A program made the translations under genes and the position numbers. A stretch of 54,946 bases of DNA, counting the filler, from Sphacelaria rigidula (lineage: Eukaryota), in the NCBI GenBank assembly GCA_964200075.2. It is 2 parts of 2 records of this genome, joined end to end, with 100 filler letters (N's around TTAATTAATTAA, not from the genome) between each part and the next. Parts side by side here need not be neighbours in the genome. Positions count along the whole stretch, not along the records: positions 1 to 27,442 come from CAXNAA020000117.1; positions 27,543 to 54,946 come from CAXNAA020000118.1. One strand, given 5' to 3'. Shown piece after piece: positions 21,514 through 33,430 of this stretch; position 1 is the stretch's first letter, and the number at the start of each line of letters is the position of its first letter. The notes beneath the pieces were generated by a model, which saw only the letters and a list, made by a program, of their open reading frames with translations, ran no database searches and was not told where the DNA came from.

Positions 21514-22299
21514 ATGGCTTCTCTCACATCCTCGCCCGAAAGCGCACAGACCTCTACAGTGCCGCGAGTGCCAAATTCAAACAAAGTTAACGAGAAGCAA
21601 GGCAGGGATGCACTTGCTCTCCGCGCCCGAGGCGAAATCAAGTGGGCAACCCCTGCAGGCTCGATTGACGTTTTCACGAAGGACGAAGTAATCGAGATTA
21701 AACACTACAAGAACTGGAAGAATGGTGTCGGACAGGTCAAGGCATACGGAGAGGACCACCCCTCACACAAGAAACGTCTCCATCTTTTCGCGCATGAGGG
21801 AGAGAAAGCTTCAAAGTACTTTGAGATGGCCACGAGACTATGTGCGGAGGACGGAATTCGCGTTACATTTGAAGAAGTGGTGGTTGGAAGAAACAACCTA
21901 GGGGTAGACGTGGTGGATGGTTTGGATGTGTTTAGGGTAAACATTGCCACATCCGCGTTTGCCGCTACCGGGGGCGCATTCTACGGTGATCCAGCGTACC
22001 CCATGAACGCAGATGACGTTGCGCTCGCAACAAAGTGGTGGAACGCAAAGATGGAGCGCGAATTGTCCGAGTTTGAAAGAATGAAGGTTAAGCGCGCTCC
22101 TGCTTTCGGGATTGGTGGCGGTGACTCGAAGTGGGTAACTGCGGTCGGAGCTACGGCTGCCCCCGCTGCGATCGGCGAGGCTGTGCGGGCCGGGAAGAGT
22201 GGCGCTTCGCCCGGTGCTGGAGCGGTGGTGGTTCCTGGAAAATGGGGCCCGTACTATAAGGTTGGAGAGTTCATTAACTATAATAGTTTCAATATGTAA
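21514..22299 (+). CDS. PD-(D/E)XK nuclease-domain protein of the type seen in giant-virus KilA-N-associated proteins
   Basis: TPAGSIDVFTKDEVIEIKHYKNWKNGVGQVKAYG..P..KKRLHLF. Intronless; ATG 21514 is in frame with ORF 21412..22299. Confidence 0.8.
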   Translation: MASLTSSPESAQTSTVPRVPNSNKVNEKQGRDALALRARGEIKWATPAGSIDVFTKDEVIEIKHYKNWKNGVGQVKAYGEDHPSHKKRLHLFAHEGEKASKYFEMATRLCAEDGIRVTFEEVVVGRNNLGVDVVDGLDVFRVNIATSAFAATGGAFYGDPAYPMNADDVALATKWWNAKMERELSEFERMKVKRAPAFGIGGGDSKWVTAVGATAAPAAIGEAVRAGKSGASPGAGAVVVPGKWGPYYKVGEFINYNSFNM

Positions 22300-22726
22300 C
22301 AATGGAACTGGAAATGCAGCTCCAACACGCACAAAGTGTGCCGCCGTAAAGTGGTGTGAAACTAATGAGGACACAGGCTTCTGTCAGGGACAGGGGTCAG
22401 TGCCGGGGCAGTTCTAACCCACTGCCAAGGGTTGCTAGGATTGTGGAATGTAGCGAGAAGAGAGGGATAAAGGGAGAGTGGCCCGAGGGGCGAGAGGAGG
22501 GTCGCAAGACCCACCGATTCCCCTCGGTGAATTGCCCTAATTCTCCGCAAGTCATCAGCTCTCGCGGCGCCTTTATTGGTCGACTCTTCCAATGGCCAAT
22601 TGCCTCGGAAGTGTCGTATCCTATCTATACGTGTTATGTGCACAGATGCAAAGGTTTCTATAATCCCGACAGGTGTCCTCCACACTAACCACATACTACT
22701 CTACGTATTAGACTCTTTCGGTGTCA

Positions 22727-22802
22727 AAAAAAAGTTCGTTTTAAGAAAAAAAGTTCGTTTTAAGAAAAAAAGTTCGTTTTAAGAAAAAAAGTCCGTTTTA
22801 AG
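22727..22802. repeat. 19-bp tandem repeat AAAAAAAGTTCGTTTTAAG, 4 copies
   Basis: Read directly from the sequence. Confidence 0.92.
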
Positions 22803-24930
22803 CTTTCAGTTTTAAGAACGTTTCCGAGGACCGAGGAACGGTCCCCACAGTCCCGTTAAAGCAGAAAATGTAGAGACCAAACTCGGCTTTTATTATTTTC
22901 TTTGCGGGCGCGCGAAGCGCGCACGCAAAAAAAAATCATATCGACACCCCCTCGCGTACGAGTCACGGCGCCCCTGTCTCTGGGGGGACAAATTCGAGTT
23001 TTCCGTGTTCGTTCGTTGAGCAACTCTTTCCCTTCCCATTTCCGCTACAGAGCACCAATCGCAAAACTCTAAAGTGCGCAGGAAAAGTAATATAAATGGC
23101 ACGTCAGCGCATTTGTTCTTTTTGAATTTGGTGCCGAGTCGGCAAAGTTATCACGGCATTTGTGGTCTTCCGAAGGGTTTGTTTTTCGAGTGCGCCACCT
23201 CCGGGCGTACGACTTAACGCACCAGCGTAACAGAGGTGAAGATTAGTGTCAGTAGAGTCGCCCGCACCCTTTACTTTCGCGAATGATGCCATACGCGTGG
23301 AGTAAGCGTGAGAATCATGCGACGGCTTTTACCAGAACTCCGCCATACATGTGAGATACCCAGCAGGGCAATGAGGGGTCTGCCTCCGCATTTTTGGCCC
23401 CCCCGGGCACATGTCACCGTGGCTGAGTAGCCCGACACAGCGATCTGCTCGCCCCGACAAGTACGCGGGCGTACAGATACATCACAGCAGGCCGGCCGCG
23501 GAACATTTCTGGGGGTGTTGAGGCAGTGCTGGGCTAGAGAGAGGGGGTCTCGATCAAGCAGATTGGTCTCTGTGCGGCGGATTTTCAGCTGATGAAACAC
23601 AGGCGAAAATTCATCAGTCCTTGTTGTGTGGTCACATCACGAAGGGCACACCATCTCAAAGTGCTTCAGTGCAGACCACGGCTCTACTCTCTACGGCTCC
23701 GAAGGGTTTGGTCCTACTCTTCTCATCATCATTTGCTCTTGCGTGACCGTTTCATGGCCTGTACTGGTCTGGGTGTTGAGAAATCGCAAGACACCACAAC
23801 TTCTAAACAGCTGTTTCTTGCCTGAAAAAGTTCGGCCAGGCGAAGCAGGCTGAAAACAAAAATCGGCCGAAGAATATACCTGCTGCTCGTGGTGAAAACC
23901 GGGGACGGTGTACGGTCAGCCCACCCTTTACCGATCCGCGGAGATGCAGATTAAAATAAAGGGTTACATTTTCTTTGCGCAAAGAAAGTACCTGCAGAGG
24001 GGGCTAGGGGTTTGGGGGCGTTATTGCTTGGCCTACTGCAGGTACTTTCTGTGGGCAAAGAAAATTTAACCCTGTATTTTAACAGCCAACCGGACTGTTA
24101 AAGTTGAAAATTTTCAGAAATAAGAGAAACTTTCAGCTTTAGGCGTCAGCGCAAGAAATCAACTCTATGACTGGCGACGACCCACCCCCCGCTCTCCTGA
24201 TTCTGGCCGAGGAGCGAGAGGTTTGCATGTGTGTGGGGTGCTGCTGGAGGGGAGAGGGCGTGCCTCTGTCGTGGCGATGGACACGATAGAAAAAAAAAGG
24301 CCGCGCACAGAGAGCATGCCGATCAGCACCGCAACACGAACTCTCTCTCGTCGTAGGGATACAGCCGGAGACGAAACCAAGCACAGGAGCCACGTATAGC
24401 TCTCACACGCTTTCTTTGCCGCGATGGTAGATGGCTGATTTAGTTGCTGGTCTTGTTGGAGGGAGGAGAGGGTGGTGCGCGTCTCTCTTCTGTTGTTGCG
24501 CAAAACAGAAAAATAGCAAGCTCTCGATCGATTGCACAACAGGGAAGAGGGAAGCACAAATGCATGTACATCATCCCTTTCGATGCACACGCTTAACCGT
24601 GCTGTCGACCTCACTCGCGTGCTATGTAGCGGTGCCACACAGGGGTGGTGCGAGCTCTGTGGCTGAGGAAAACCTCGAAACATGGTTCTCTATCCTCTGC
24701 GGAGACCTTCTGGGTCTTGAGTGAACACAAATATTGACGCAAATATACCTGCAAGAAGGCGTGCAGGAATTTTCTAGAAAAGTTCTTAAAACGAAAAGCT
24801 TAAAACGGACTCCTTATTTCCAGGTTTGCGACGACGAGTCCGAATTAGTTTATTGACGCAAATATACCTGCAAGAAGGCGTGCAGGAATTTTCTACAAAA
24901 GTTCTTAAAACGAAAAGCTTGAAACGGACT
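22790..24930. mobile_element. Putative non-autonomous TIR element, about 2 kb
   Basis: 22790-22819 matches the reverse complement of 24782-24811 at 28/30, with a second copy at 24901-24930. No transposase or TSD recognised. Confidence 0.5.
23951..24082. mobile_element. 132-bp foldback/MITE-like element
   Basis: 47-bp arms 23951-23997 and 24036-24082, about 43/47 complementary, with TTAA at both ends. Confidence 0.7.
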
Positions 24931-24971
24931 CCTTATTTCCAGGTTTGCGACGACGAGTCCGAATTAGTTTA
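24732..24971. repeat. Near-perfect 119-bp tandem duplication
   Basis: TATTGACGCAAATATACCTGC starts at 24732 and 24851. Confidence 0.95.
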
Positions 24972-25920
24972 ATGTTTTGCCATTTGCAACCGGAGAAGAA
25001 AGTCACTCAGGCGGAGCGCGAGGGGGTGATCGAGATGGCGAGAGCAGTCGGGGAAGCCTTCAAACGGGCAAAGATTAACAAGGCTAATGACAACAATAAG
25101 CTCTACGACTTCATGAGTGGGACGCGTAATTTTGGTTCAAAACTCCCCCTGGTACACAATCTGCCGAACAAAGTAAATTCTGAATTTCCTGAGTTCCTTC
25201 GGGGGTATCTCTACCGCATAATTTTTTTCCGGGGAGGTGTCCACTTTCGGCCCTCCCAACAACACCAAACACAAGGCAACAACAACAAAAGACTCTTCCT
25301 TGCATCCCTGGGGGGGAACAGCTACAGAGGAGCCCGAGATATGGTCTGCGTAGCAGCAGCAGAGGTGCGCGAAGGGGACACGTGTGTCAAGGCACACATG
25401 TCTCCGTTGGGTTTGGCTGGGAAGGTCAGCATTGACTTCGGGAAGATCCGACACAACAACGATCCTCGTGAAAATTGGACGCGTCGGACTGCAAGCGCAA
25501 GGGAGCAGTTGGGGGAAGCGACCAGCCACAGGAAAGCGAGGCAAAGGCAGCATCGGTAGAAGTGGCGCGTCGGCTAGATTCGAAGGCCAAGACACACGCG
25601 CACGTGACGCTGCAAGAGAGATCACAAAGATACAGCAAGCGCTGTTCGGAGATTGCCCAAAAGAGAGAAAATAAATGGAAACTTGGAAAATGGCGGAGAC
25701 AAGAGACACACGTGAACGGAGCGTGGAAGGAACACGGAAGAAGCAGCTACGAAGGATATCTATCAGGTAGAGGACGAGCAGCCAGTCAACATACACATGA
25801 AGGAAGGACGAGGCAGAGTTGGGGAACACCAAGAGAGGAAGAGGCGAAGAATTTGCGTCGGAAGCAAAAAATCGGAGATAGATCCAAGTGCTACTGCTGC
25901 TGTTCGTCGGAGTATCGACG

Positions 25921-26390
25921 GCGGCGTCTGAGAAAAGGCGAGATACACAGCGCCGGGCCTGGGTTTCTCAGTCGCGTATAGAAGCAGTGGACAGGAGGAT
26001 ACAGGGGGTTGGGAGAGGAGTTTCAAGCACCAGGAGACGAGAGGAACCGGCGGTGGGGCGGAGGTTGTCGGCGAAGTCGTCGGAGATCATCGTAGATCAA
26101 AGGATCTGCGATCTTCGTTCCAGCGTAGGCGGAGGAGTCAGTCTGAGAAGAGGCGAGATACGCAGCGTCAAGCCTGGGTTTCTCGGTCGCGTGCTGCAGC
26201 AGTGGACAGGAGGATACAGGAGGGTGGGAAAGGAGTTTTCAGGCACCAGGAGACGAGAGTAATCGAAGACTATATTATTGCTGCTGCTGCTGTTTGCGCG
26301 GGAGCATCGGTAAAGGCGTCCAAGACTGAACACGTACTGTAGCAGTGGTTAGGAGGATCCGGCAGGCTGTGAGAGGAGTTTCAGGCATCT
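25921..26390. repeat. Degenerate direct repeats, period about 215 bp
   Basis: GTCTGAGAA.AGGCGAGATAC..GCAGTGGACAGGAGGATACAGG..CACCAGGAGACGAGAG occurs twice, plus a partial third copy. Confidence 0.8.
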
Positions 26391-26724
26391 CCACCCGGGA
26401 GCATCGTCCATAGTGCAAAACAGATTGGGACGAGAGCAAGGACAAGTATCATTGCTGGAACCATACCAGATAGGTGGACGGCGGAGATAGAAGAAGATGG
26501 CAAAACAGCAAGGAAACGAGGCGCCGCTGGCGAAATTCGAGAAGGGGAGACAGCAATGGGGAAGGTGGCGGGGGCCGGAGCGAGGGGTGTCTGCGCTATC
26601 GCTGGAACACAAAATGTTAGGGGGACAGCCACTGCTATCAGATCAGTGGGTATTTCGGGGTAAGCACCTCCTCCGAATATGGCATTTCTTGACTGCTTTT
26701 GTGGTATGCGGAGAAAAGGACCCC

Positions 26725-27442
26725 GCCCTTGCAGGTACAAGTGGCGAGAAGGCAGGAACGGGGTGGCGCAATGGTGGCGGATTCGGGGTAGGAAACGGAC
26801 TTGAGAGGGGGATGCCACAGATTGAGCAAGACGGCGAGGTGTTCTCTCTTGGCATGACCGGTAGCAGGGTCGATCAGCAATGCCGCACTGACTTTTGGCC
26901 GCCGTAATATGCGCGCGACAGCTTTAACCTAACCACTTCGCTGAAAAGCGGGTTTTAGTTCGATTCGTGGTCGGGAGTGTCGAGGGGGGAGAGTTTGGCC
27001 CTTGCAGTTGAAGGTGGCAGGAAGGCAGGAACGGGGTGGTGCAGTGGCGGATTCGGGGTGGGAAACGGGCCGGAGAGCGGGACACCACAGATTGAGCAAG
27101 ACGGCGGGCTGTTCTGTCTTAGCATGACCGGTAGCAGGGTCGATCAGCAATGCCGCACTGACGTTTGGCCGCCGAAATATGAGTGCGACAGGTTAACCAC
27201 TTCGGTGGAAAGCGGGTTTTTGTTCGATTAGTTGTCGGGAGTGTCGAGGGGGGAGAGTTTGGCCCTTGCAGTCGAAGGTGGCAGGGAGGCAGGAACGGGG
27301 TGGTGCAGTGGCGGATTCGGGGTGGGAAACGGGCTGAAGAGGGGGTTGCCACAGATTGAGCAAGACGGCGGGCTGTTCTGTCTTAGCATGACCGGTAGCA
27401 GGGTCGATCAGCAATGCCGCACTGACTTTTGCGCGCCGAAAT
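26725..27442. repeat. Tandem repeat of about 264-273 bp, 3 copies, running into the gap
   Basis: GCATGACCGGTAGCAGGGTCGATCAGCAATGCCGCACTGAC occurs three times. Confidence 0.93.
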
Positions 27443-27542
27443 NNNNNNNNNNNNNNNNNNNNNNNNNNNNNNNNNNNNNNNNNNNNTTAATTAATTAANN
27501 NNNNNNNNNNNNNNNNNNNNNNNNNNNNNNNNNNNNNNNNNN
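27443..27542. other. Artificial scaffold linker (44 N + TTAATTAATTAA + 44 N)
   Basis: Exactly 100 nt, symmetric, with a stop in all six frames. Confidence 0.97.
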
Positions 27543-29204
27543 GAACCCCTCTAGCGATAAAAAATAAAGGCAAGCACCGCAGAAGGAAGGTAGGATACTA
27601 AAAAACAAAGAAAAAATAAAAGGCTCCCGTGTTGACCTTCCTCCTGTGTGACCTCGGCTGGTGCGCACACATATACTGAAATGTGTAGACCGGCGCCCTA
27701 AATAGATGGGAAGACAACACACATACACGCATACGTCCGGGAAAGGTGCACGTTGTAGTAGACAGAGTCATGTTCCGCAGTTTCAAAATGTCTCGTGCTC
27801 AGGGACAAGGTCACCGTGGGGAGAGGAGTAGTCACTGTCAGCATCAACAACTGGCTTCACGGACCACCCCCCACGGTTGAGAAAGCTGCATCACACACGA
27901 GATCCGTCATATAACATATTTCAAGCGATTGCTGCTGAAAATATGTCGGTATACGCTAGGGCACAGTCAAGTTGGTGCATGGTTCTCTAGATGCGAGCCC
28001 CACCGTGTGCGCATCGGTCTTGAAACACACATATAGAATGTGCCGCTTGTTGTCTTTGTTAGACACCGCGTGCCAACCGCAGCAGTGACGCCTTGGGTGG
28101 TACTACCTGCTTACTGCACAATGGCAGGGTGCAGATTGACAAAGCACACCGCAGAATGTCACATCCTCAGCCTATCCCTGTGCTGTATTGATCCCCCGCT
28201 GTCTTCTGCAGTTCGTCACAGCATGAAGACAGACGCTTGTATTGCGACTCAAGTGTAGTGCGTGCAGCTACCAATTACCGACTACAAGTGCGTGTATTGC
28301 GCAAATTGCAGCAGGAAATAAATTCCATACTATGCGCTGTACAATTTTTTGCATCGTATGCATACTGACTGGAGAAACCTTTTGCCCAGGGCGTGGTACA
28401 TTTCCACACGTAAAAGGTGGGGCAATCGCCAAAATATTCACTTACAAACTCCCCCCCTCAGTGCACTATAAGTTGATATCGCCTCGTACGAGTACACCAC
28501 CGCAACTACCTTGCCGGCTGCCAGGTCGTCAGAAACTTGGACACGCTAGCATCACTGCTATCTGTACGGGGACGTTGCCCCCTGCCGGGTACACCGGCAA
28601 GGGTCCGTGGCAGAACACAGTTACGGGCGGGACTGGAGGGCCTAACGACCAAAAATCAGCGGCAAACTAAAAAAAAACAGAAGCGCGGAGGAATAATGAA
28701 TACGTCAGTAGGTGGTCGCACCTGTGCCGAGGCCCTCTCGAGCAGAACGCACGCTTCATGACTTATAAACTTGGTTTACTATGGGACAGCTGTAGCACGG
28801 GAGATCGCACGGTTCTCGACACAGGAAGCAAGCCAGTCCACGGCACTTCACACAAGATCTGGGGAATCCCATTTTACATTTTTCTGGCGTTGAGTCAGAA
28901 GCGAGAATCCCCCCAGAGCGCAAAACACCTCATTTTTGTACATTTGGGTTTGTTGCGGCTTAGTATCACGCTCAAACGACAAAGTGAGATGGGTTGACCT
29001 AACTTTGGTGTTTGGAAAGCGCACGCAAGAAACCGCAGTCCAATCCTCTGCTTCGTAACCGACTTCTACGCGTTGCGCGATCGGCACTCTTGGGTTGAGG
29101 ATTAGTAGCGCTATCCGAGACCCAACATGGGAAATAAAAAAAAATCGGTGCGGGTGTTTTTTTTCTCGCCGCAAGCAAGTTCTGGCGACACGCAGTTTGG
29201 TGCG

Positions 29205-30230
29205 TGTCGCCAGGCGCTGCTGCTTAGTTCTGTGCGACTTTGCACTAGAGGCAATTTCGCCGTTCAACAGCGAGTATCCATTCAAATGTCGAATTTCAGA
29301 GGGGGAGTTCACATAAGGAAGACAAAGCTAGCGGCTGCTTCGTGTCAGGGCTCCAGTGCAGCAGCCGAGGCGTCTAGAGCGATTGTAGTAAGTGCACGGC
29401 CTTACATCTGCTGGCGACTGTCTGTGATCATGTATTTAGTATTTGTCTGTTCATATATACTAATATAAGAGTGGGATGCAAATTATGCGATGTTCGACAA
29501 GCTTTGTTTTAAGCTGCGTATTTTTTTCTTGCGGCGAGCAATGTGTGACGGTGTCATACTTTGTGACGTGCCACCATGTGCTGCTTCGTTCTGTACGGCT
29601 GTGCACAATAAGCAAAATAGCCTTTCAACAGCGAGTATCCTTTATGTATTGAGTTGCAGAGGGCGAGGTAACACACATGAACTTCGGCTGTTGTGTCTGA
29701 GGGTTCTAGCGGGGAAACCAGGGCGCCAAGAGCGATGTTTATTTTAGAGTCGTACGCACTGACCATGTATGAACAGGTCAGCAGAGCCACGATGTTTCAA
29801 CTGCCTGTACATACAAAAAAAAATGCAAACCATGCGATTTACACCAACTTAATCTTCGACCAAATGCTATTTTTTGGCACCAATCAGTGTCATGACTTTG
29901 GCTTTGGTGGCGGTCCGCCATGTGTTGCTCTATTCTGTGGGGATGTGCACAAAAGATAACCTCACGTATCATGAGCGAATGTCCTTTCATCCCTTGACTT
30001 GTAGAGGACGAGTTCACCGATGAAATACGGCTGGCTTGTGACAGACGTTTTCGAGACAGAACCCAAGGCGTCCACGAGTAGAGCGATTTTTATTTTCGAT
30101 GAAGCACTGGCCATGTATGACCGGGTCGGCACAGCAACGATGTTCCACGTGACCGTTTGTACGTACCACAAAGGACATGTAAGCAATGCGACTTTAGCCA
30201 ACTTGCTATTTAAACGGGACACTACACAGG
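29205..30230. repeat. Three degenerate tandem units of about 350 bp
   Basis: Recurring TTCAACAGCGAGTATCC, AGAGCGAT and GCACTG.CCATGTATGA blocks. Confidence 0.6.
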
Positions 30231-31299
30231 CGGGGAGGAGCGCAGTCGGTGACTTACCAATTCACCTCGCCCACTCCCATATCACCACCCATCTCGTCTC
30301 TGCTAGCCTCTCAACTTTTTTCGTCGCGTTTGTCCAACTTTTTCTCCCACGAGATTTTGAAATTAGGGGAAAATTGACGTTCGAGATGTTGATCTGGACA
30401 GAGTATACCAGAACATGTCGAAGCGACTGACAAGATAGGATTCCTCCCTCTCATGCCATGACCCTGACCCGATGAGTCCCATAAAAAGTTCACTCTCCAA
30501 TCCCGCAGTCACAGCTATGTATAGGACATGCAGCGCGCAGCCAATCCGCACAGGGTGACACTCTTGATCGTCAACATCAACATCTCTCTCAGTACTTTCC
30601 ACATGCGCGACGCTGCTGCTCATGGTATCCAAATTTCCGTACTCTCTCGTTTTGGCTCGATGTCAGGCACGCCTTTCAGTGCAGTCGCGTTGGTGTGTGG
30701 CGCCACAACTGCTGCTGTTCGTGTTCTTGTCTTGTTATCTTCGCAACGGTGGTAAACGTGGGGTGGCAGCTCGGGGGCGTACGCTTCCCGAGTAGTACAG
30801 CAGCTGAACACTAGTGCACCAAGAGTTTTCACCCACTGATCCGGAGCAATTTTTCCGCAGGAACGGCATCATGTCAACACCGACCACTCACAGGCTTCAA
30901 TAAATGTACTCTATTTTTAGTATATTCCATGTGAGCCAAGTCGTTGTTTTCAGGTGACGCGTGTATTTTTAATTGATATGATTCGCTCGATTACGGTCCA
31001 GCTCTTACGCATATTGCGTTCGTGATTCATTTTCTCGAAATGTAGTACCCAAAATCGGGCCCCAGTCCCACCCATAACAGTGGTCGCGTGACAGAAGCTC
31101 AAACCTGACCTGTCGAGCGACTTGGACCGGGAACTTTCAGCCCCCGATCCTTAGATATAAAACGGAGCCTAAACGATGCTCATTTCCTGGGTTTCTGCGG
31201 GCGTTCATCCCTAACTGGGTGAAGATTGATAATGAGGTCGACAAGATCTGTTGCAGCCTGCAGGTCCGACCGATACCACACCCAGTATAATCATCAGAC

Positions 31300-33430
31300 A
31301 GAAATAAGGTTACTACCTAGTCCTGTACTGTCACCCTTGATATCCACCGTTTCAATGCAGACCGAGCCCTCAACGCGTTACGCGGCTGTGGCTATGCCTG
31401 TGACATCTTGTTGTACCAATCTACACATCCTCCAAGTTTCGGCGCCATCTCAAGCGAGGTGCGGATTATCTTGACGCTTAATATTCTAAACACCGCCTCC
31501 ATATTATCGAAAAGGAATAGCACGGTTGGTTTTTTTCCACGATTTGTTCAAGTCTTGACTTCCTAATAAATTCATAATTCTCGAGCAGTAAACTAACGGC
31601 TACTAGCGAGTGCTACTCGCATGTGCACGAGGATTGCGCCGTGTTTTGTACTCGTACAGGGTGAGTTTGTCATCGGCAATAGCATCTCGTGACTCTCGGA
31701 CTTGGACAGATACCGATACTGGGTGTTGGTGCTTTGTTCTTTCGAGAGAGATCCATCGCCAACTTGGAGTGCTTGCGCTTCAGCCGGTGGAATTGAGTCG
31801 AAGTTCTTTGAGCACTGCTGTGAAGGCGCCTTCCCAATTTTTTCTGCACAGATGTATCCGTATTTTGGTGCGTAATCTCTATTGACTTCATTGATTCCAC
31901 CGCATGTTGCCTCCTTAAAGGGGTGCTAAATAAAGTGACCTTATCGCTGGCGAAACACTGCACGGATTGCGGATTCTCCGGACAGAAAGCCTTGGGTACT
32001 CAAGGAGTTAACCTCTTTCACGCTCATACGGATACCCAAGTGTGGAGTCATTTTTCAGGCAAGTGTACCGCATTCGATGCCGACTAACAGACGAACACAC
32101 ATCGGCGGTTGAAGCGAGGTTGAAGGGTTAGTATTGAGTACAGTAGTGTATATACAAAACGATACCGCAGTCGTGATCATTGGACACACACCAATCAATG
32201 TCGCTCAGGCTGCCTGACTCAAGGAACAGCCAGTCCACAGAACCCTACCATTCCATACCATCAGGATTACCTGCAGCGCTGGCGGTTGGGCAATACAGAA
32301 GTCGAAAACGACACCGGCTCTCCCTGACGGAGTTGCCACTTATTCCCCAAAGCGTGTTCCCGTAAAGCGGGGGACAAGAAAGCCAAGGCTCGAGATCCGG
32401 CCGCCAGCTCGCTGCGGTTGCCGCACCGAGTTCTTCCAAGTATCCTTGTCGCCGAAGAGGCCGCAAGAGTGTTCATTCGATGCCCATTCCGCGCCCTCCT
32501 CCTGCTTTTATCGTCCCCTTGATTTGCTCTGTTACCTCTGTTCTGTTCGATGACGGCGCCGATTTGAATGTTCGAGGATGGCGGAGCAGTGTGTTCTGTG
32601 GTGGTACTGTCACTTGCGGTGGCAACTTGGGCGAACTGAAAGCTGAGGTAGATAAGCGACAGAAGAAGGAAACTAAGGACAAAATATAGGGTAGGGTGCC
32701 TATCGCGACCCATGCAAGGAGGTACTGAACAGTACAGTACACAAAGATTACAGTACAAGCATATCACATAGCAGTAAGGGGTATGGTGGATTCTCTTTAG
32801 TCGATAGAGTGCTTAGATCGTAATTAGAGTTATTCAGACCCGTAGTCGAAAGTACTTCTGAAGTGAAAGATCTACAGATGCTACAGCAAAGAAGCACATC
32901 ATAGAAGAACTTAACGCCACGCTTTTGGGGGGGAGAGAAAGAACTTCAGTAACTGGGTGCCACTAAAATGATCTTCACTCTAATTTGTGTTGTTCATTTG
33001 ACCTCGATTGTTTATTGAATATTTCAAAATATCAATCAATCTAAAAAACAAACTTCTCTCGCGAAGCTTGACCAAAAAATGGCATTCGATTGCGGAAAAT
33101 TGGACAATGGCTGCTGATGTAGACGTCGTGATGCAATCACCTGACAGCCTAACATCGCGGCTGTCCAGTTTGTAGAAGGTAGGTGAGACGCGGTGGTGAA
33201 GGTGGTGCCCGCTTGCAGGGCTGGCTTTTGTTGTCCAGCTGTCATTGATTCGTGCAGGCTACGACTGGTTTGATTTGTAAGTATTGTCTGTTGTCCAGCT
33301 GCTGCTGACAGTATTATGCGTACCCAACTTCATCAGTTTCAGAGTCGCAGCTGTGTTCGTGAGCATTTTGCTATCCAGTCTGCTGCATGTTAAAAAGCCG
33401 GGCCACCACCGAGTCGAGAACACTGTGCCT
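31300..33430 (-). CDS. Possible spliced host gene of unknown function
   Basis: One clean exon at about 32271-32635 (polypyrimidine-CAG acceptor, AG/GTAATC donor). Other exons unresolved. Confidence 0.3.

Noticed and set aside
22727-22802. CRISPR or telomeric repeat
   Set aside because: Head-to-tail 19-mers without spacers, and not a telomere motif.
24945-25981. ORFs of 168-231 aa as genes or transposase
   Set aside because: No recognisable motifs, and they lie in compositionally biased repetitive DNA.
27487-27498. TTAATTAATTAA as a biological site
   Set aside because: It is centred in an N linker and is an assembly artefact.
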